Positions 47,974-57,980 are shown, counted from the first letter of the stretch. The stretch: DNA of 64,000 bases from a bacterium (GCA_030698495.1 JAUYKA010000005.1:8404-72403); one strand, 5' to 3'. Notes: generated from the sequence alone by a model not told the origin. Translations and numbers: made by a program.

Positions 47974-48519
47974 TTATTCAGTTGTCGAACCGACCACTTT
48001 ACCGACCTTCCGACGTACATGCTCACCAACATAACGCACCCCTTTACCTTTATACGGCTCCGGCGGACGTAACTTGCGTATATCGGCCGCCACTTGCCCC
48101 ACCAGCACATTATCTCTGCCGGTTATGGTAATAATTTCTTTTTCTACCGTGAATTTTATCCCTTCCGGCGCCTTCACTGAAATCGGATGAGAAAATCCTA
48201 ATGACATATCCAAACCGTCTCCCTTTGCCTGCGCCCGAAAACCTACACCCTGCAATTCCAACTGCTTACTAAAACCTTTCGTCACTCCCTCGACAATATT
48301 AGCCAGCCTGGCTCTCGTTGTCCCCCATAAAGCCGCTGCCTTTTTACCTGGCTTAACCACTCGAACAACCAACTCGCCGTCCGTTAAGGCAACTCCTATA
48401 GCCGGATGCACCCCGTAGACTAACTCACCCAGCGGTCCTTTCACCTTAACTTCCCTGCCAGCCACTTCGGCCGTAACGCCATCAGGTATAACTATCGGTT
48501 GTTTTCCTATACGAGACAT
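47974..48519 (-). CDS. rplF: 50S ribosomal protein uL6
   Basis: MSRIGK.P, PEPYKGKG. Confidence 0.97.
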   Translation of the reverse strand: MSRIGKQPIVIPDGVTAEVAGREVKVKGPLGELVYGVHPAIGVALTDGELVVRVVKPGKKAAALWGTTRARLANIVEGVTKGFSKQLELQGVGFRAQAKGDGLDMSLGFSHPISVKAPEGIKFTVEKEIITITGRDNVLVGQVAADIRKLRPPEPYKGKGVRYVGEHVRRKVGKVVGSTTE

Positions 48520-48599
48520 AACTTTTTAGCTTAACTAACCTATTAGCAATACTAAACAATATAATACAAACCAATAATTAGCAAGAGACGCTATTTTCT

Positions 48600-48986
48600 C
48601 TACCATATTTCACAAATCATCTCTCCGCCCAGTCCGGCCTTTCTTGCCTTGTGATCATCCATTAAGCCTTGCGGCGTCGACAACACAATACAACCCATCC
48701 CGTCCATTGAATACGGTATGCGAGACTTTTTAACATACCACCTCTGCCCGGGGCGACTAATTCTCTTTAAGCCATGTATGCGCGCTTGACCCTTTTCATC
48801 ATAAGCCAAAGTTAATACCAGCTTTGCCTTTGGTCCGCTTTGCACCCGCAACGCTGACAAAAATCCTTTCTCTTGCAATATCTGTGCCAATCTTTCTTTG
48901 ATACCGGAATAAGGCACAGCCACGCGCTGCTTACCCGCCCGCTGCGCGTTTATAAGAGATGTTAACATGTTCGCTATTGTATCCAT
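48600..48986 (-). CDS. rpsH: 30S ribosomal protein uS8
   Basis: D.IANMLT, ISRPG.R.Y, STP.G.M, GGE. Confidence 0.96.
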   Translation of the reverse strand: MDTIANMLTSLINAQRAGKQRVAVPYSGIKERLAQILQEKGFLSALRVQSGPKAKLVLTLAYDEKGQARIHGLKRISRPGQRWYVKKSRIPYSMDGMGCIVLSTPQGLMDDHKARKAGLGGEMICEIW

Positions 48987-49016
48987 AATAATTTGAAGAT
49001 TGAAAATTGATATCTG

Positions 49017-49202
49017 CTACCAGGAAGATTTTCGCACGCCCGGAACATGCCCCCGCTCGGCATTCTCCCTAAAACAAATGCGACACAAACCGAAATCCCG
49101 CATGTAGCCTCGCTTGCGTCCGCATAAGGCGCACCGCCTGACAAGCCGAGAAGTAAACTTCGGGACTTTTCTGCTTTTTGCTTTTTGCGCTTCTGTTGCC
49201 AT
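49017..49202 (-). CDS. rpsZ: 30S ribosomal protein uS14 (zinc-binding type)
   Basis: [21 protein letters not shown]. Confidence 0.95.
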   Translation of the reverse strand: MATEAQKAKSRKVPKFTSRLVRRCALCGRKRGYMRDFGLCRICFRENAERGHVPGVRKSSW

Positions 49203-49357
49203 ACCTAGTATATCAACATCACCCAGCGACGCTCATAAGCTTGCCGCCTGGGGATTGCTGTTAAGATTAAGTTAAACGTATTCATAAGCTCGTTTTGCTG
49301 ATTATGACCGCGCGCTGCATTCAAGGCAAGCTTGGGCGATGTTGTATTACTAGGCAT
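49201..49357 (-). other. Structured intergenic insert between rplE and rpsZ
   Basis: Closing stem ATGCCTAGTA..CAACATCGCCCA / TGGGTGATGTTG..TACTAGGTAT reaching into the rpsZ start codon. Confidence 0.7.
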
Positions 49358-49366
49358 GAAATTATC

Positions 49367-49960
49367 TTAAGATTTATTTTTACTCTTTCCCTTCTTCTCT
49401 GCTACTGGGACAACGCCGACATTATCAATCTCTTCTTTCGTTAACGGAAAACCAAGCGCGCGAAACAGAGCTTCACCCGTTTCGTTATCAGCAGCGCCGG
49501 TTACAAAAGTTACCTGCACTCCAAACACGAAATCTGTCTTATCAGCATGCACTTCCGGAAAAGGCAGTTGTTCCCTCAAACCCACGTTTAAATTGCCCCT
49601 ACCGTCCAGGGCAGTCACACTGATGCCACGAAAATCTCTCACCCGAGGCAAGGTCACAGCTACAAAACGCTTAATAAAATCATCCCGCCGCGCTCCGCGC
49701 AAAGTCACTCGATATCCAACCAGATTACCTTGTCTGACCTTAAACCCGGCTACCGCTTTACGCGCCTTTCTTTCGTGCGGCATCTGCCCGCATATCATGG
49801 CCACGTCCCGTTTGACCGTTTCCAGAAACGCTTGATTATCACGGTTCTTACCGACACCAACATTCACCACCACCCTGGTTACTTTGGGGACAGCCTGAAT
49901 ATTGGACACGCCGATTTGCTTGCCAAACGCCTTGTATTCTTTTGTAAAATTTGTGGACAT
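49367..49960 (-). CDS. rplE: 50S ribosomal protein uL5
   Basis: GQ.P....ARK..AGFK.R.G, VTLRG, LPRVRDFRG. Confidence 0.96.
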   Translation of the reverse strand: MSTNFTKEYKAFGKQIGVSNIQAVPKVTRVVVNVGVGKNRDNQAFLETVKRDVAMICGQMPHERKARKAVAGFKVRQGNLVGYRVTLRGARRDDFIKRFVAVTLPRVRDFRGISVTALDGRGNLNVGLREQLPFPEVHADKTDFVFGVQVTFVTGAADNETGEALFRALGFPLTKEEIDNVGVVPVAEKKGKSKNKS

Positions 49961-49983
49961 ATAACCAATCAATCTAAATACAT

Positions 49984-50322
49984 TTATTTAATGGGCGCTT
50001 GGCATTTCTTGCACAAACGCTGCCGCCCGCCATTATCACGACTGATACCGACACGCGTGGGTTTTTTACAAGACGGACATACCAACTGAACATTCGATAT
50101 AGTCATAGGCGCGGCCACGCTTACTCGCTGCCCCTTACTTCCAGACCGCTTAGGTTTAATATGTTTCTTAACCATGTTCACACCCTCAACCATTACTCTG
50201 CCCTGTCTAGGAAATACCACCAAAACCCTGGCTCGCTTGCCACGATCCTTGCCCAACAAAACCTTCACCAAGTCGCCTTTCTTGATCCGAACAGCTATTC
50301 TTTTGGACTTAATCTCTTTCAT
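49984..50322 (-). CDS. rplX: 50S ribosomal protein uL24
   Basis: IKKGD.V.V..GKD.GK, VEGVN..KKH, SNV. Confidence 0.96.
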   Translation of the reverse strand: MKEIKSKRIAVRIKKGDLVKVLLGKDRGKRARVLVVFPRQGRVMVEGVNMVKKHIKPKRSGSKGQRVSVAAPMTISNVQLVCPSCKKPTRVGISRDNGGRQRLCKKCQAPIK

Positions 50323-50360
50323 CTTATTAGCTTATCTAGCTTATTAACTTATCTCGCCAA

Positions 50361-50732
50361 TTACCAAACTTCGGGCGCCAACGAAACTATCTTCTGATAA
50401 CCCCCATTGCGCACTTCCCGGGCGATAGGCCCAAACACACGCGTTCCTATTGGCTCCTTGCTTTCCTTTTGCAGTATTACCGCCGCGTTATCGTCAAACC
50501 GAATTGCCGATCCGTCTTTCCTCTTTTCCTCTTTGCTGGTACGAACAATTACAGCACGCACTACATCGCTCTTTTTTACTGCTCCCCTCGGTTCGGCTAT
50601 TTTTACTGTTACTACCACAATATCACCCAAATATGCATACCGGCGGCCGGTATTGCCCAACACCCGAATCACCTGCAGCAACTTGGCTCCGGTATTGTCT
50701 GCGACACTCAACATTGTCCGTTCATGTACCAT
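50361..50732 (-). CDS. rplN: 50S ribosomal protein uL14
   Basis: [28 protein letters not shown]. Confidence 0.97.
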   Translation of the reverse strand: MVHERTMLSVADNTGAKLLQVIRVLGNTGRRYAYLGDIVVVTVKIAEPRGAVKKSDVVRAVIVRTSKEEKRKDGSAIRFDDNAAVILQKESKEPIGTRVFGPIAREVRNGGYQKIVSLAPEVW

Positions 50733-50764
50733 ATATACTTATCTCGCTTATCAACTTATCTTAC

Positions 50765-50862
50765 TTTGCCCGCCGGCCGTGTCCCTCCGTAGCCTTGTGC
50801 GGAGGGGGACCGTGTCCCTCCGTAGCCTTGTGCGGAGGGGGAAGCTTTAGCGAAGGCTGGGC
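50765..50862. repeat. Nested REP-like element with two 33-bp internal units, overlapping the rpsQ 3' end
   Basis: GCCCGCCGG[CCGTGTCCCTCCGTAGCCTTGTGCGGAGGGGGA]x2 AGCTTTAGCGAAGGCTGGG. Confidence 0.85.
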
Positions 50863-51137
50863 TTATCTCGCTTAACCACCACCCAGCGCTTCCGAGCGGA
50901 TAGTGGCCTCGATTCTCTTATCATCACCTTATCGCCCGCTTGACACTCGTTCTGCTCGTCATGTGCCAGATATATTTTGGAGCGCAAACGCCGCTTTTGA
51001 TACATACTGTGGACTTCCACGGTTTCTACCTGAACAGCCACCGTTTTATCTCCGGACTTTTTTGTCACCACGCCCGTTAGCGTCTGTCTTCTTCCCGACG
51101 ACACCGGTTCTTGTTTTGTTTCTGCTTGTTTTGACAT
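50847..51137 (-). CDS. rpsQ: 30S ribosomal protein uS17
   Basis: G.V.....DKT..V, AHDE.N....GD.V.I.E.RPLS..KRW. Confidence 0.96.
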   Translation of the reverse strand: MSKQAETKQEPVSSGRRQTLTGVVTKKSGDKTVAVQVETVEVHSMYQKRRLRSKIYLAHDEQNECQAGDKVMIRESRPLSARKRWVVVKRDKPSLR

Positions 51138-51157
51138 AATCTAATATTCTGCAACAA

Positions 51158-51364
51158 TTAATCTTTTTTTGCAACTTGTCTGCGCTGTTCCTGATACACG
51201 GTTTCCGCTCTGGCAATATCCGCCCGAATAACCTTCAAAATGGCATGGTTTTTCTCTTTTCCCGACCTGATATCGATTTGTTTCTTAAAGTAATCTCCTT
51301 TAAGAGTGTGTATCCTGGCCGCCAACTCATCGGTATTTAAGTTTCTAAAATCATGCGCTTTCAT
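51158..51364 (-). CDS. rpmC: 50S ribosomal protein uL29
   Basis: Position between rplP and rpsQ; R.DIAR..T. Confidence 0.88.
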   Translation of the reverse strand: MKAHDFRNLNTDELAARIHTLKGDYFKKQIDIRSGKEKNHAILKVIRADIARAETVYQEQRRQVAKKD

Positions 51365-51774
51365 AACCCGTGTCTCTTAATGAATCTGGTTTTTACCGGC
51401 AATTTATGCCCGGCTAAACGCAGCGCTTCTCTAGCCGTGGCTTCGTCAACCCCGTCCATTTCGAAAATCACCCGACCGCGATGCAGCGGCACAACAAAGT
51501 GATCTACCGCGCCCTTGCCGTTCCCCATAGGAACTTCCGCTCCTTTTTTAGTAATTGGCTTATCAGGAAATACTCTGATCCATATTTTTCCGCTGCGCTG
51601 GACAAATCTTGTCATCGCTCGTCTCGCCGCCTCAATCTGCCTGGCAGTCAGCCAGCGATTTTCCATCGCCTTCAAACCGTACTGACCGAAATCAACCGTC
51701 TGCGCGCCTTTCGAGGCACCCTTTACGGTCCCTTTCTGATGCTTACGATGTTTTACTTTTCGTGGCATTAACAT
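51361..51774 (-). CDS. rplP: 50S ribosomal protein uL16
   Basis: RQIEAARRA, IWIR.FPD.P.T, MG.GKG. Confidence 0.97.
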   Translation of the reverse strand: MLMPRKVKHRKHQKGTVKGASKGAQTVDFGQYGLKAMENRWLTARQIEAARRAMTRFVQRSGKIWIRVFPDKPITKKGAEVPMGNGKGAVDHFVVPLHRGRVIFEMDGVDEATAREALRLAGHKLPVKTRFIKRHGL

Positions 51775-51788
51775 ATCAATAGTCTCCT

Positions 51789-52541
51789 CTATTCATTAAC
51801 TTCTACTTTTGTCTCCACCGCCTTATCGGCCAGAGATTTTCGATGTCTGCGACTGGTTACCTTGCTTGGCTCAATACTTTTTCCCGGCTTTTCTTCGTTT
51901 TCTACTTTGTATTCGCCGCGATTTATCCAAACTTTCACGCCGATTGTTCCGTAAGTCGTGTAGGCTGTCATTTGCGCGTAGGATATATCGGCTCTAAATG
52001 TATGCAGAGGCACATTACCCTCCGCCAACCATTCTCGACGGGCAATTTCCGCTCCGTTCAAGCGGCCGGACAATGCCACTCGCACCCCAACCGCTCCGGC
52101 TTGCATAGCTCGCGATACGGATTGTTTTAAAACGCGCCGAAAGGGCATTCGCCTCTCCAGCTGATCCACAATCTGCGTTGCTACCGCTGCTGAATCAGTA
52201 TCAGGATTGCGTATTTCCTGCACATTAATTCTTATTTTACCCGTGGGGCCGAACTTTCTAGTCAAATCCTTCTGTATTTTTTCGATCCCTGAACCGCCCC
52301 GGCCAATCACCACCGCCGGCCGAGACGTGTGAATCGTCAGCACCGTCTCCTTTTGATCCCGTGCTATTTCCACCCGCGAGATAGAAGCGCTGCGCAATTC
52401 TTTACGCAAGTATTCACGAATTAGCAAATCCTGCCGCAATTGCCGTCGATAAATGTGGCGACGATCAGCAAACCATTTAGGATCCCATGACCGCAAGGTA
52501 TTGCTGATACGTATTATATTCGGATTTGTTTTTCTTCCCAT
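51789..52541 (-). CDS. rpsC: 30S ribosomal protein uS3
   Basis: RP...IG..G, SGRLNGAEIAR.E, PL.T.RADI, T.YG.IGVKVWI. Confidence 0.97.
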   Translation of the reverse strand: MGRKTNPNIIRISNTLRSWDPKWFADRRHIYRRQLRQDLLIREYLRKELRSASISRVEIARDQKETVLTIHTSRPAVVIGRGGSGIEKIQKDLTRKFGPTGKIRINVQEIRNPDTDSAAVATQIVDQLERRMPFRRVLKQSVSRAMQAGAVGVRVALSGRLNGAEIARREWLAEGNVPLHTFRADISYAQMTAYTTYGTIGVKVWINRGEYKVENEEKPGKSIEPSKVTSRRHRKSLADKAVETKVEVNE

Positions 52542-52579
52542 ACTTTATTATTTGAAAATTGATAATTGAAAATTGTTTG

Positions 52580-53116
52580 TTATCCTTCTCCCATCGACTT
52601 GCGCCGATAGGATTTATGCGCATCGCCACCCTGCTGCGGCATTCTTTTTATATTACGCACATCCTTCTGTTTTTCTTTTACTTCGGATACTTCTTTACTC
52701 GGCGTCTGCCCGGCAACAAAATCTTCAGCGGCTATGGTTTCGATCTGACTCTTCTTTCCCTTCCTGGCCGCCCCTTTGGCCACGCCGATTTCTTCCAGCA
52801 CCACCGTCACGTGGGCAGTCCGCTTTAAAATCGGATGGGCCGATCCTTTACTGGCCGGTTGGGAACGCTTCATCACAAAACCGCCGTCCACTACCATATC
52901 CGCTACTCCCAGAGAGGCTTCTTCGATAGAATAATTATGTTGGGCGTTTGCCATCGCGCTGCGCAATACATTTCCCACTAAGTCGGCTGCTTTCCCCGGC
53001 ATAAACTCAAGCTGCGCTCTAGCCTCCACCGCCGACAAGCCAACAATTGCCTCACGAATCAATCGCAGCTTTCTCGCCGCTATCCTGGCATTCTTATGTT
53101 GTGCTTTTACTTCCAT
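52580..53116 (-). CDS. rplV: 50S ribosomal protein uL22 with C-terminal extension
   Basis: RI..RK.R, L.SA.ANA.HN, I.KRT.H.TVV. Confidence 0.95.
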   Translation of the reverse strand: MEVKAQHKNARIAARKLRLIREAIVGLSAVEARAQLEFMPGKAADLVGNVLRSAMANAQHNYSIEEASLGVADMVVDGGFVMKRSQPASKGSAHPILKRTAHVTVVLEEIGVAKGAARKGKKSQIETIAAEDFVAGQTPSKEVSEVKEKQKDVRNIKRMPQQGGDAHKSYRRKSMGEG

Positions 53117-53162
53117 ATGCTTATTATCTTATTTACTTATCTCGCTTATTAACTTATTTTAC

Positions 53163-53227
53163 TTTGCCCGCCGGCCGTGTCCCTCCGTAGCCTTGTGCGA
53201 AGGGGGAAGCTTTAGCGAAGGCTGGGC
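53163..53227. repeat. Nested REP-like element with one internal unit, overlapping the rpsS 3' end
   Basis: Near-identical to 50765-50862 minus one unit. Confidence 0.85.
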
Positions 53228-53544
53228 TTATCTGCCGCCGGCTTTATCGCCGCAGCTGCGGCGGCCGCCATCTCCGCCTCTTTCTGTATGCGTCCACCAT
53301 GTTTAACAAACTTGCGTGTTGGCGAAAATTCTCCCAGTTTATGCCCTACCATTTCCTCAACTACCAGCACTTCCACGTGTTCGCGTCCGTTGTGCACGCC
53401 AAACCTGAAACCGACCATTTCTGGATATATCGTAGAGGAACGCGCCCAGGTTTTTATAACCGTACGATCACCGGCTTTTAGACGCTTAACTTTGGCTAAA
53501 AGTTTCGGTTCAATGTATGGTCCTTTTTTGGTTGATCTAGACAT
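53212..53544 (-). CDS. rpsS: 30S ribosomal protein uS19
   Basis: [27 protein letters not shown]. Confidence 0.97.
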   Translation of the reverse strand: MSRSTKKGPYIEPKLLAKVKRLKAGDRTVIKTWARSSTIYPEMVGFRFGVHNGREHVEVLVVEEMVGHKLGEFSPTRKFVKHGGRIQKEAEMAAAAAAAIKPAADKPSLR

Positions 53545-53566
53545 AATTTAGAAATTGAAAATTGTA

Positions 53567-54409
53567 TTAACGCCTTTTTTTCTTAGTCCGACGTTTTAAT
53601 ATCATACTATCCGAATACTTTCCCTTACGCCGTGTTTTAACCCCCAGCGCCGGCTTCCCCCATAAAGTCTTAGGATGCTTCAAACCGATTGGCTGCGCAC
53701 CTTCACCGCCACCATGAGGATGATCAACCGGATTCATCGCCTTGCCTCGCACTTGAGGCCTTCGTCCGCGCCGACGCATTCTCCCGGCCGATCCCGCCCG
53801 TTCCAGCCAGGCATCGGCATTACTCGCTTCGCCTATAGTGGCATACGCCTCCCTCGCAATCAAGCGGATTTCACCGGATGGCATTTTCAGCTGCGCGTGC
53901 CCGCCTTTTACATCCATTAGTACAGCCGATGCCCCCGCCGCCCGCAATATCTGACCGCCGCGTCCCGGTTTCAGCTCCACATTAAAGACCGCTGTTCCCG
54001 GTGTTATCGCTTTCAGAGCCATCCGATTTCCGGGTTTTTCCGGCGCTTTATCGCTAACAACAATTTCATCTCCTTCTCTCGCGCCTTCCCAGGAAACCAC
54101 ATAGCGACGCTCGCCGTCCCGGTATAACAACAGTGCTAAAAAAGCCGAGCGGTTTGGATCATACTCTATCTTTTCCACTTTGGCCGGAATATCTTTTTTA
54201 TCCTGTCTGAAATCGACTACACGCCACAATCTCTTGGCGCCTCCGCCGCGATGCCGCACTGTTATAATACCCTGTGAACCTCTCCCGTTTAAACGTTTTC
54301 GGCCCACCACTAACGACCGATGCGGCTTACCCGCGCTTAAATCCCGCCGATCAATAACCGACATATTTTTTCTGGCTGCGCGATTTGTTTTGTAATTTCT
54401 GACTGGCAT
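53567..54409 (-). CDS. rplB: 50S ribosomal protein uL2
   Basis: IEYDPNRSA, VRG.AMNPVDHPHGGGEG. Confidence 0.98.
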   Translation of the reverse strand: MPVRNYKTNRAARKNMSVIDRRDLSAGKPHRSLVVGRKRLNGRGSQGIITVRHRGGGAKRLWRVVDFRQDKKDIPAKVEKIEYDPNRSAFLALLLYRDGERRYVVSWEGAREGDEIVVSDKAPEKPGNRMALKAITPGTAVFNVELKPGRGGQILRAAGASAVLMDVKGGHAQLKMPSGEIRLIAREAYATIGEASNADAWLERAGSAGRMRRRGRRPQVRGKAMNPVDHPHGGGEGAQPIGLKHPKTLWGKPALGVKTRRKGKYSDSMILKRRTKKKRR

Positions 54410-54438
54410 CACTTTTACTATTAACTAAAGACTAATAA

Positions 54439-54861
54439 CTAAACCGTAAAATCGATTGTTTTTCCGGCCGGCAGTTTCACGTACGCTTTTTTCCAGTAGT
54501 TTGTCTGTCCGCTGGTTGCGCCGCGCCGTCTATTTTTTGCCGGCATGTTCATTGTCCGCACCATAACCGGCTCAATCTTATATTGCTCCAAAACCGCTGC
54601 CGCTATCTGATTTTTGTTTGCGTCGCAGCTAACCCGGAAAACAACTGTATTCGTATCACTCTGCGCATCGACTCCTTTTTCCGTTACTAACGCAACCAAC
54701 CCAATTTTTCCGGCCAAAACAGATACTTCTCTATCAACCACGTCTGGCTTATCCGCCAATTTCATTTTTGGTTTAGCCAAACTCACCGGACTCTTCTTCG
54801 TCGGCTTTTTTTTGCCTGGCACACTACCGGGTTCTCTTTTTAAAAATGATAGTACAGACAT
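54439..54861 (-). CDS. rplW: 50S ribosomal protein uL23 with basic N-terminal extension
   Basis: TEK, F.V...ANK.QI, WKKAYV.L. Confidence 0.92.
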   Translation of the reverse strand: MSVLSFLKREPGSVPGKKKPTKKSPVSLAKPKMKLADKPDVVDREVSVLAGKIGLVALVTEKGVDAQSDTNTVVFRVSCDANKNQIAAAVLEQYKIEPVMVRTMNMPAKNRRRGATSGQTNYWKKAYVKLPAGKTIDFTV

Positions 54862-54865
54862 ATTA

Positions 54866-55552
54866 TTATGCTTTTATTTCTACACTTGACTTGCCGCAAC
54901 GTCTCTCAACCTCCGGCAACGCTGTCCTGGCCAACCATACTTTCCTGGCCACCATCAAATCGGATACTGTTGCTTGCGCCACCGGCATCACTTTAATCGC
55001 CGGCAAATTTCTCGTTGCTCTGGCTAAAGAACCGGACTCCCCCGCGGCTGTCAGAATCAACAACCCCCGGCAATCCGCCGGCAGCTTCTCTTTTATTTCG
55101 TTTGTTTTAACGGGCAAATCCTTGTTTATCTCAACCACTGCCAATCGATCCGCTTGCGCTAAATTATATAAAACTCCCGCGAAGGCGCGTCTTTTCATTG
55201 CTGTCGGCACCGGCAGAACCCTTGTCTTACGTGAGCGGGGACCAAAAGTTATTCCGCCGCCAACCCATATCGGCGATCTGATTGAACCGTGTCTGGAATT
55301 ACCCGTGCCCTTCTGTTTCCATGGCTTTCTTCCGCCGCCACGCACTTCCGCTCTGCCTTTGGTATGTGCCCGACGCACTCGCACTCTTTTTTGGTGCGTT
55401 AACACAGTCTGCGCCAACAATCTGTCTGAAACCTCTTTTATTATGTATTCCGGCCAAGGCATAACTCCCGTTGGCTTGCCGCCCAAATCAACAACCGCCA
55501 GCTCGTTTTTCGTCTGTTTACGATTATCGATTTTTTTAGGTTCAGAATTCAT
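54866..55552 (-). CDS. rplD: 50S ribosomal protein uL4
   Basis: TK.RAEVRGGGRKPWKQKGTG..R.GSIRSP.W.GGG..FGP. Confidence 0.97.
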   Translation of the reverse strand: MNSEPKKIDNRKQTKNELAVVDLGGKPTGVMPWPEYIIKEVSDRLLAQTVLTHQKRVRVRRAHTKGRAEVRGGGRKPWKQKGTGNSRHGSIRSPIWVGGGITFGPRSRKTRVLPVPTAMKRRAFAGVLYNLAQADRLAVVEINKDLPVKTNEIKEKLPADCRGLLILTAAGESGSLARATRNLPAIKVMPVAQATVSDLMVARKVWLARTALPEVERRCGKSSVEIKA

Positions 55553-55567
55553 TTATGTAATCAAAGA

Positions 55568-56128
55568 TTAATCAACTTGCTTGATTTCCAACACAGCCCC
55601 CCGCCTACCCGGCACCGCCCCCCTTATCGCCAGTACATTTTGTTCTGCGTCCACCGCCGCCACCCGCAAATTTTTCACCGTCACCCGATCGGCACCCATG
55701 CGCCCCGCCATCCGCACTCCCTTTCTGGTGTGCTGGGGATACCGGGAACCGATTGACCCGGGACGACGCAATACATGCCTGTGGCCATGACTAGCCGGAC
55801 CGCCCTTAAAATGATGGCGCTTAACCACCCCTTGAAAGCCCTTCCCCTTGGAAACCCCGCTTACTTCCACCGTGTCGCCAACCTCAAACTGCCCGACACC
55901 CAACTCTTCCACGTCTTGAGCCACTTCAATAGCAAATTCTTTCTTTATTGAATATTTCCCCTTTCGATCCACCATACCCAGCTGAACCGCTTCGTACCCA
56001 TCCCTAGCTTCACTGCGCCTTAAAGTTACTTTATTAGGCACAGCTTCCACCAAGGTAACAGCCAACACTTCTCCCTCGGGAGAAAACATCTGCGACATAC
56101 CGATTTTTCTTCCTAACAAAGCTTTCAT
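55568..56128 (-). CDS. rplC: 50S ribosomal protein uL3
   Basis: G.KIGMSQ, SKGKGFQGVVKRH, RPGSIG, M.G.MG, GAVPG. Confidence 0.97.
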   Translation of the reverse strand: MKALLGRKIGMSQMFSPEGEVLAVTLVEAVPNKVTLRRSEARDGYEAVQLGMVDRKGKYSIKKEFAIEVAQDVEELGVGQFEVGDTVEVSGVSKGKGFQGVVKRHHFKGGPASHGHRHVLRRPGSIGSRYPQHTRKGVRMAGRMGADRVTVKNLRVAAVDAEQNVLAIRGAVPGRRGAVLEIKQVD

Positions 56129-56149
56129 AACAAACTGAACATTATTTAA

Positions 56150-56310
56150 ACAAAAAACCACTCACCTTAAAACCGAGAGGTTTTTATCTAGCTATCAGAC
56201 ATGACCGCGTACTGTTTACCCTGAGCGAGCGAAGCGAGTCGAAGGGCCCCCTCGACAACCCTCAATCACCAGGCGTACATCATCCGCGACTAATCTAAGG
56301 CTGGTTATAC
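56150..56310 (-). promoter_or_regulatory. Putative structured leader of rplC containing a REP-like hairpin
   Basis: ~250-nt gap between rpsJ and rplC; CTTCGACTCGCTTCGCTCGCTCAGGGTAAA repeat; AAAACCTCTC..GAGTGGTTTT stem before the gene. Confidence 0.45.
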
Positions 56311-56382
56311 TATAAATAATCCTGCCCAAAAACGCAAATTTATTCCTCTACTTCTCAAAGCGAAAAGTTGTTTCTGTCCTTC

Positions 56383-56739
56383 CTAACCTGTTTTCATCGA
56401 CACATCAACCCCCGCCGGAAGATTCAAACTCATCAGAGTATCTACCGTTCTTGGTGTTGATTCCACAATATCAATTAACCGCTTGTGTACTCGAATCTCA
56501 TACTGATCCCTGGAATTCTTATGCACAAACGTCGATCGATTAACCGTGTATTTTTTCTTACTGGTAGGCAACGGTACCGGACCGGCTATTTTGCCGCCCT
56601 CCCGCTCAACCGCGTCAACAATCTGTTTAGCTGATTGATCGATCAGCTTATGATCGTAGGCCTTCAGTTTTATCCGAATGCGCGGCACCGCCGGTGCTGG
56701 AGTTTCTTCTGTCTCTTTCGTTGCCGCTTTTGCGTTCAT
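56383..56739 (-). CDS. rpsJ: 30S ribosomal protein uS10
   Basis: [36 protein letters not shown]. Confidence 0.97.
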   Translation of the reverse strand: MNAKAATKETEETPAPAVPRIRIKLKAYDHKLIDQSAKQIVDAVEREGGKIAGPVPLPTSKKKYTVNRSTFVHKNSRDQYEIRVHKRLIDIVESTPRTVDTLMSLNLPAGVDVSMKTG

Positions 56740-56786
56740 GCAGTTCGAGTTACAAGTTCCAAGTTATAAGTTATAAGTTATGAGTT

Positions 56787-57980
56787 CTACTCAATAATTT
56801 TCGTCACCACACCGGCGCCGACCGTCCGGCCGCCTTCGCGGATGGCAAAGCGCATGCCGTCTTCCATAGCTACTGCTGAAACCAACTCAACTTTCAAATC
56901 AACTTCATCACCGGGCATAACCATCTCGGCACCCTCGGGCAATTCAACCGAACCGGTAACATCAGTCGTTCTCACATAAAACTGCGGCTTATATCCCTTA
57001 AAGAATGGTGTGTGCCTTCCGCCTTCATCTTTGGTGAGAATATACACCTTACACTCGAATTTCTTATGCGGCGTAATGGTACCGGGTTTGGCCAATACTT
57101 GCCCGCGCTCGACATCTTCCTTCTTTAGTCCGCGCAACAGCACCCCGGCATTGTCACCAGCCTGGCCTTCATCCAACTGTTTGTTAAACATTTCTATACC
57201 GGTTACCACCGTTTTCTGCGTCTCACGCAAACCGACAATTTCCACCTCATCATTAAGATTAACCTTACCGCGCTCAATCCGTCCGGTCACCACCGTACCG
57301 CGTCCTTCAATACTAAACACATCTTCAATCGGCATCAGGAAAGGCTTTTCCACATCGCGTACCGGCTCCGGAATCGTCTCGTCTAAAGCAGTGATCAAAT
57401 CAACAATCGGCTTGGCCGCTTCGTCATCCGGACTTTTGGTATCCAACGCTTTTAGCGCCGAACCGCGAATAACCTTAATGTTTTTCCCGTCATATTTATA
57501 CTTCGTCAGTAATTCCCGCACTTCCTCTTCCACTAAATCAACCAACTCCGGATCGTCCACTTGATCCACTTTGTTCAGAAAAACCACAATCGCCGGCACA
57601 CCAACTTGATAGGCCAGCAAAATATGCTCGCGTGTCTGCGGCATCGGACCATCAGTTGCCGAAACAACCAATACCGCGCCATCCATCTGGGCGGCTCCGG
57701 TAATCATGTTCTTGATGTAATCGGCATGCCCGGGACAATCCACATGCGCGTAATGCCTCTTGTCCGATTCATACTCACAATGAGTCGTGGAAATGGTGAT
57801 ACCACGCGCTTTTTCTTCCGGAGAGTTATCAATTTCGTCAACGGTAAGAACTTTCTTAGCCCCGCCCTTCATGCCCATAACGTGCAAAATTGCAGCCGTC
57901 AGGGTTGTCTTGCCGTGATCAACGTGTCCAATTGTTCCCACGTTGACATGCGGCTTTGATCGATCAAACTTCTCTGCCAT
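56787..57980 (-). CDS. tuf: Elongation factor Tu
   Basis: [53 protein letters not shown]. Confidence 0.99.
   Translation of the reverse strand: MAEKFDRSKPHVNVGTIGHVDHGKTTLTAAILHVMGMKGGAKKVLTVDEIDNSPEEKARGITISTTHCEYESDKRHYAHVDCPGHADYIKNMITGAAQMDGAVLVVSATDGPMPQTREHILLAYQVGVPAIVVFLNKVDQVDDPELVDLVEEEVRELLTKYKYDGKNIKVIRGSALKALDTKSPDDEAAKPIVDLITALDETIPEPVRDVEKPFLMPIEDVFSIEGRGTVVTGRIERGKVNLNDEVEIVGLRETQKTVVTGIEMFNKQLDEGQAGDNAGVLLRGLKKEDVERGQVLAKPGTITPHKKFECKVYILTKDEGGRHTPFFKGYKPQFYVRTTDVTGSVELPEGAEMVMPGDEVDLKVELVSAVAMEDGMRFAIREGGRTVGAGVVTKIIE

Noticed and set aside
50765-50862. 33-bp tandem repeat as a CRISPR array
   Set aside because: Two adjacent copies with no spacers and no cas genes; it is a REP-like nested unit
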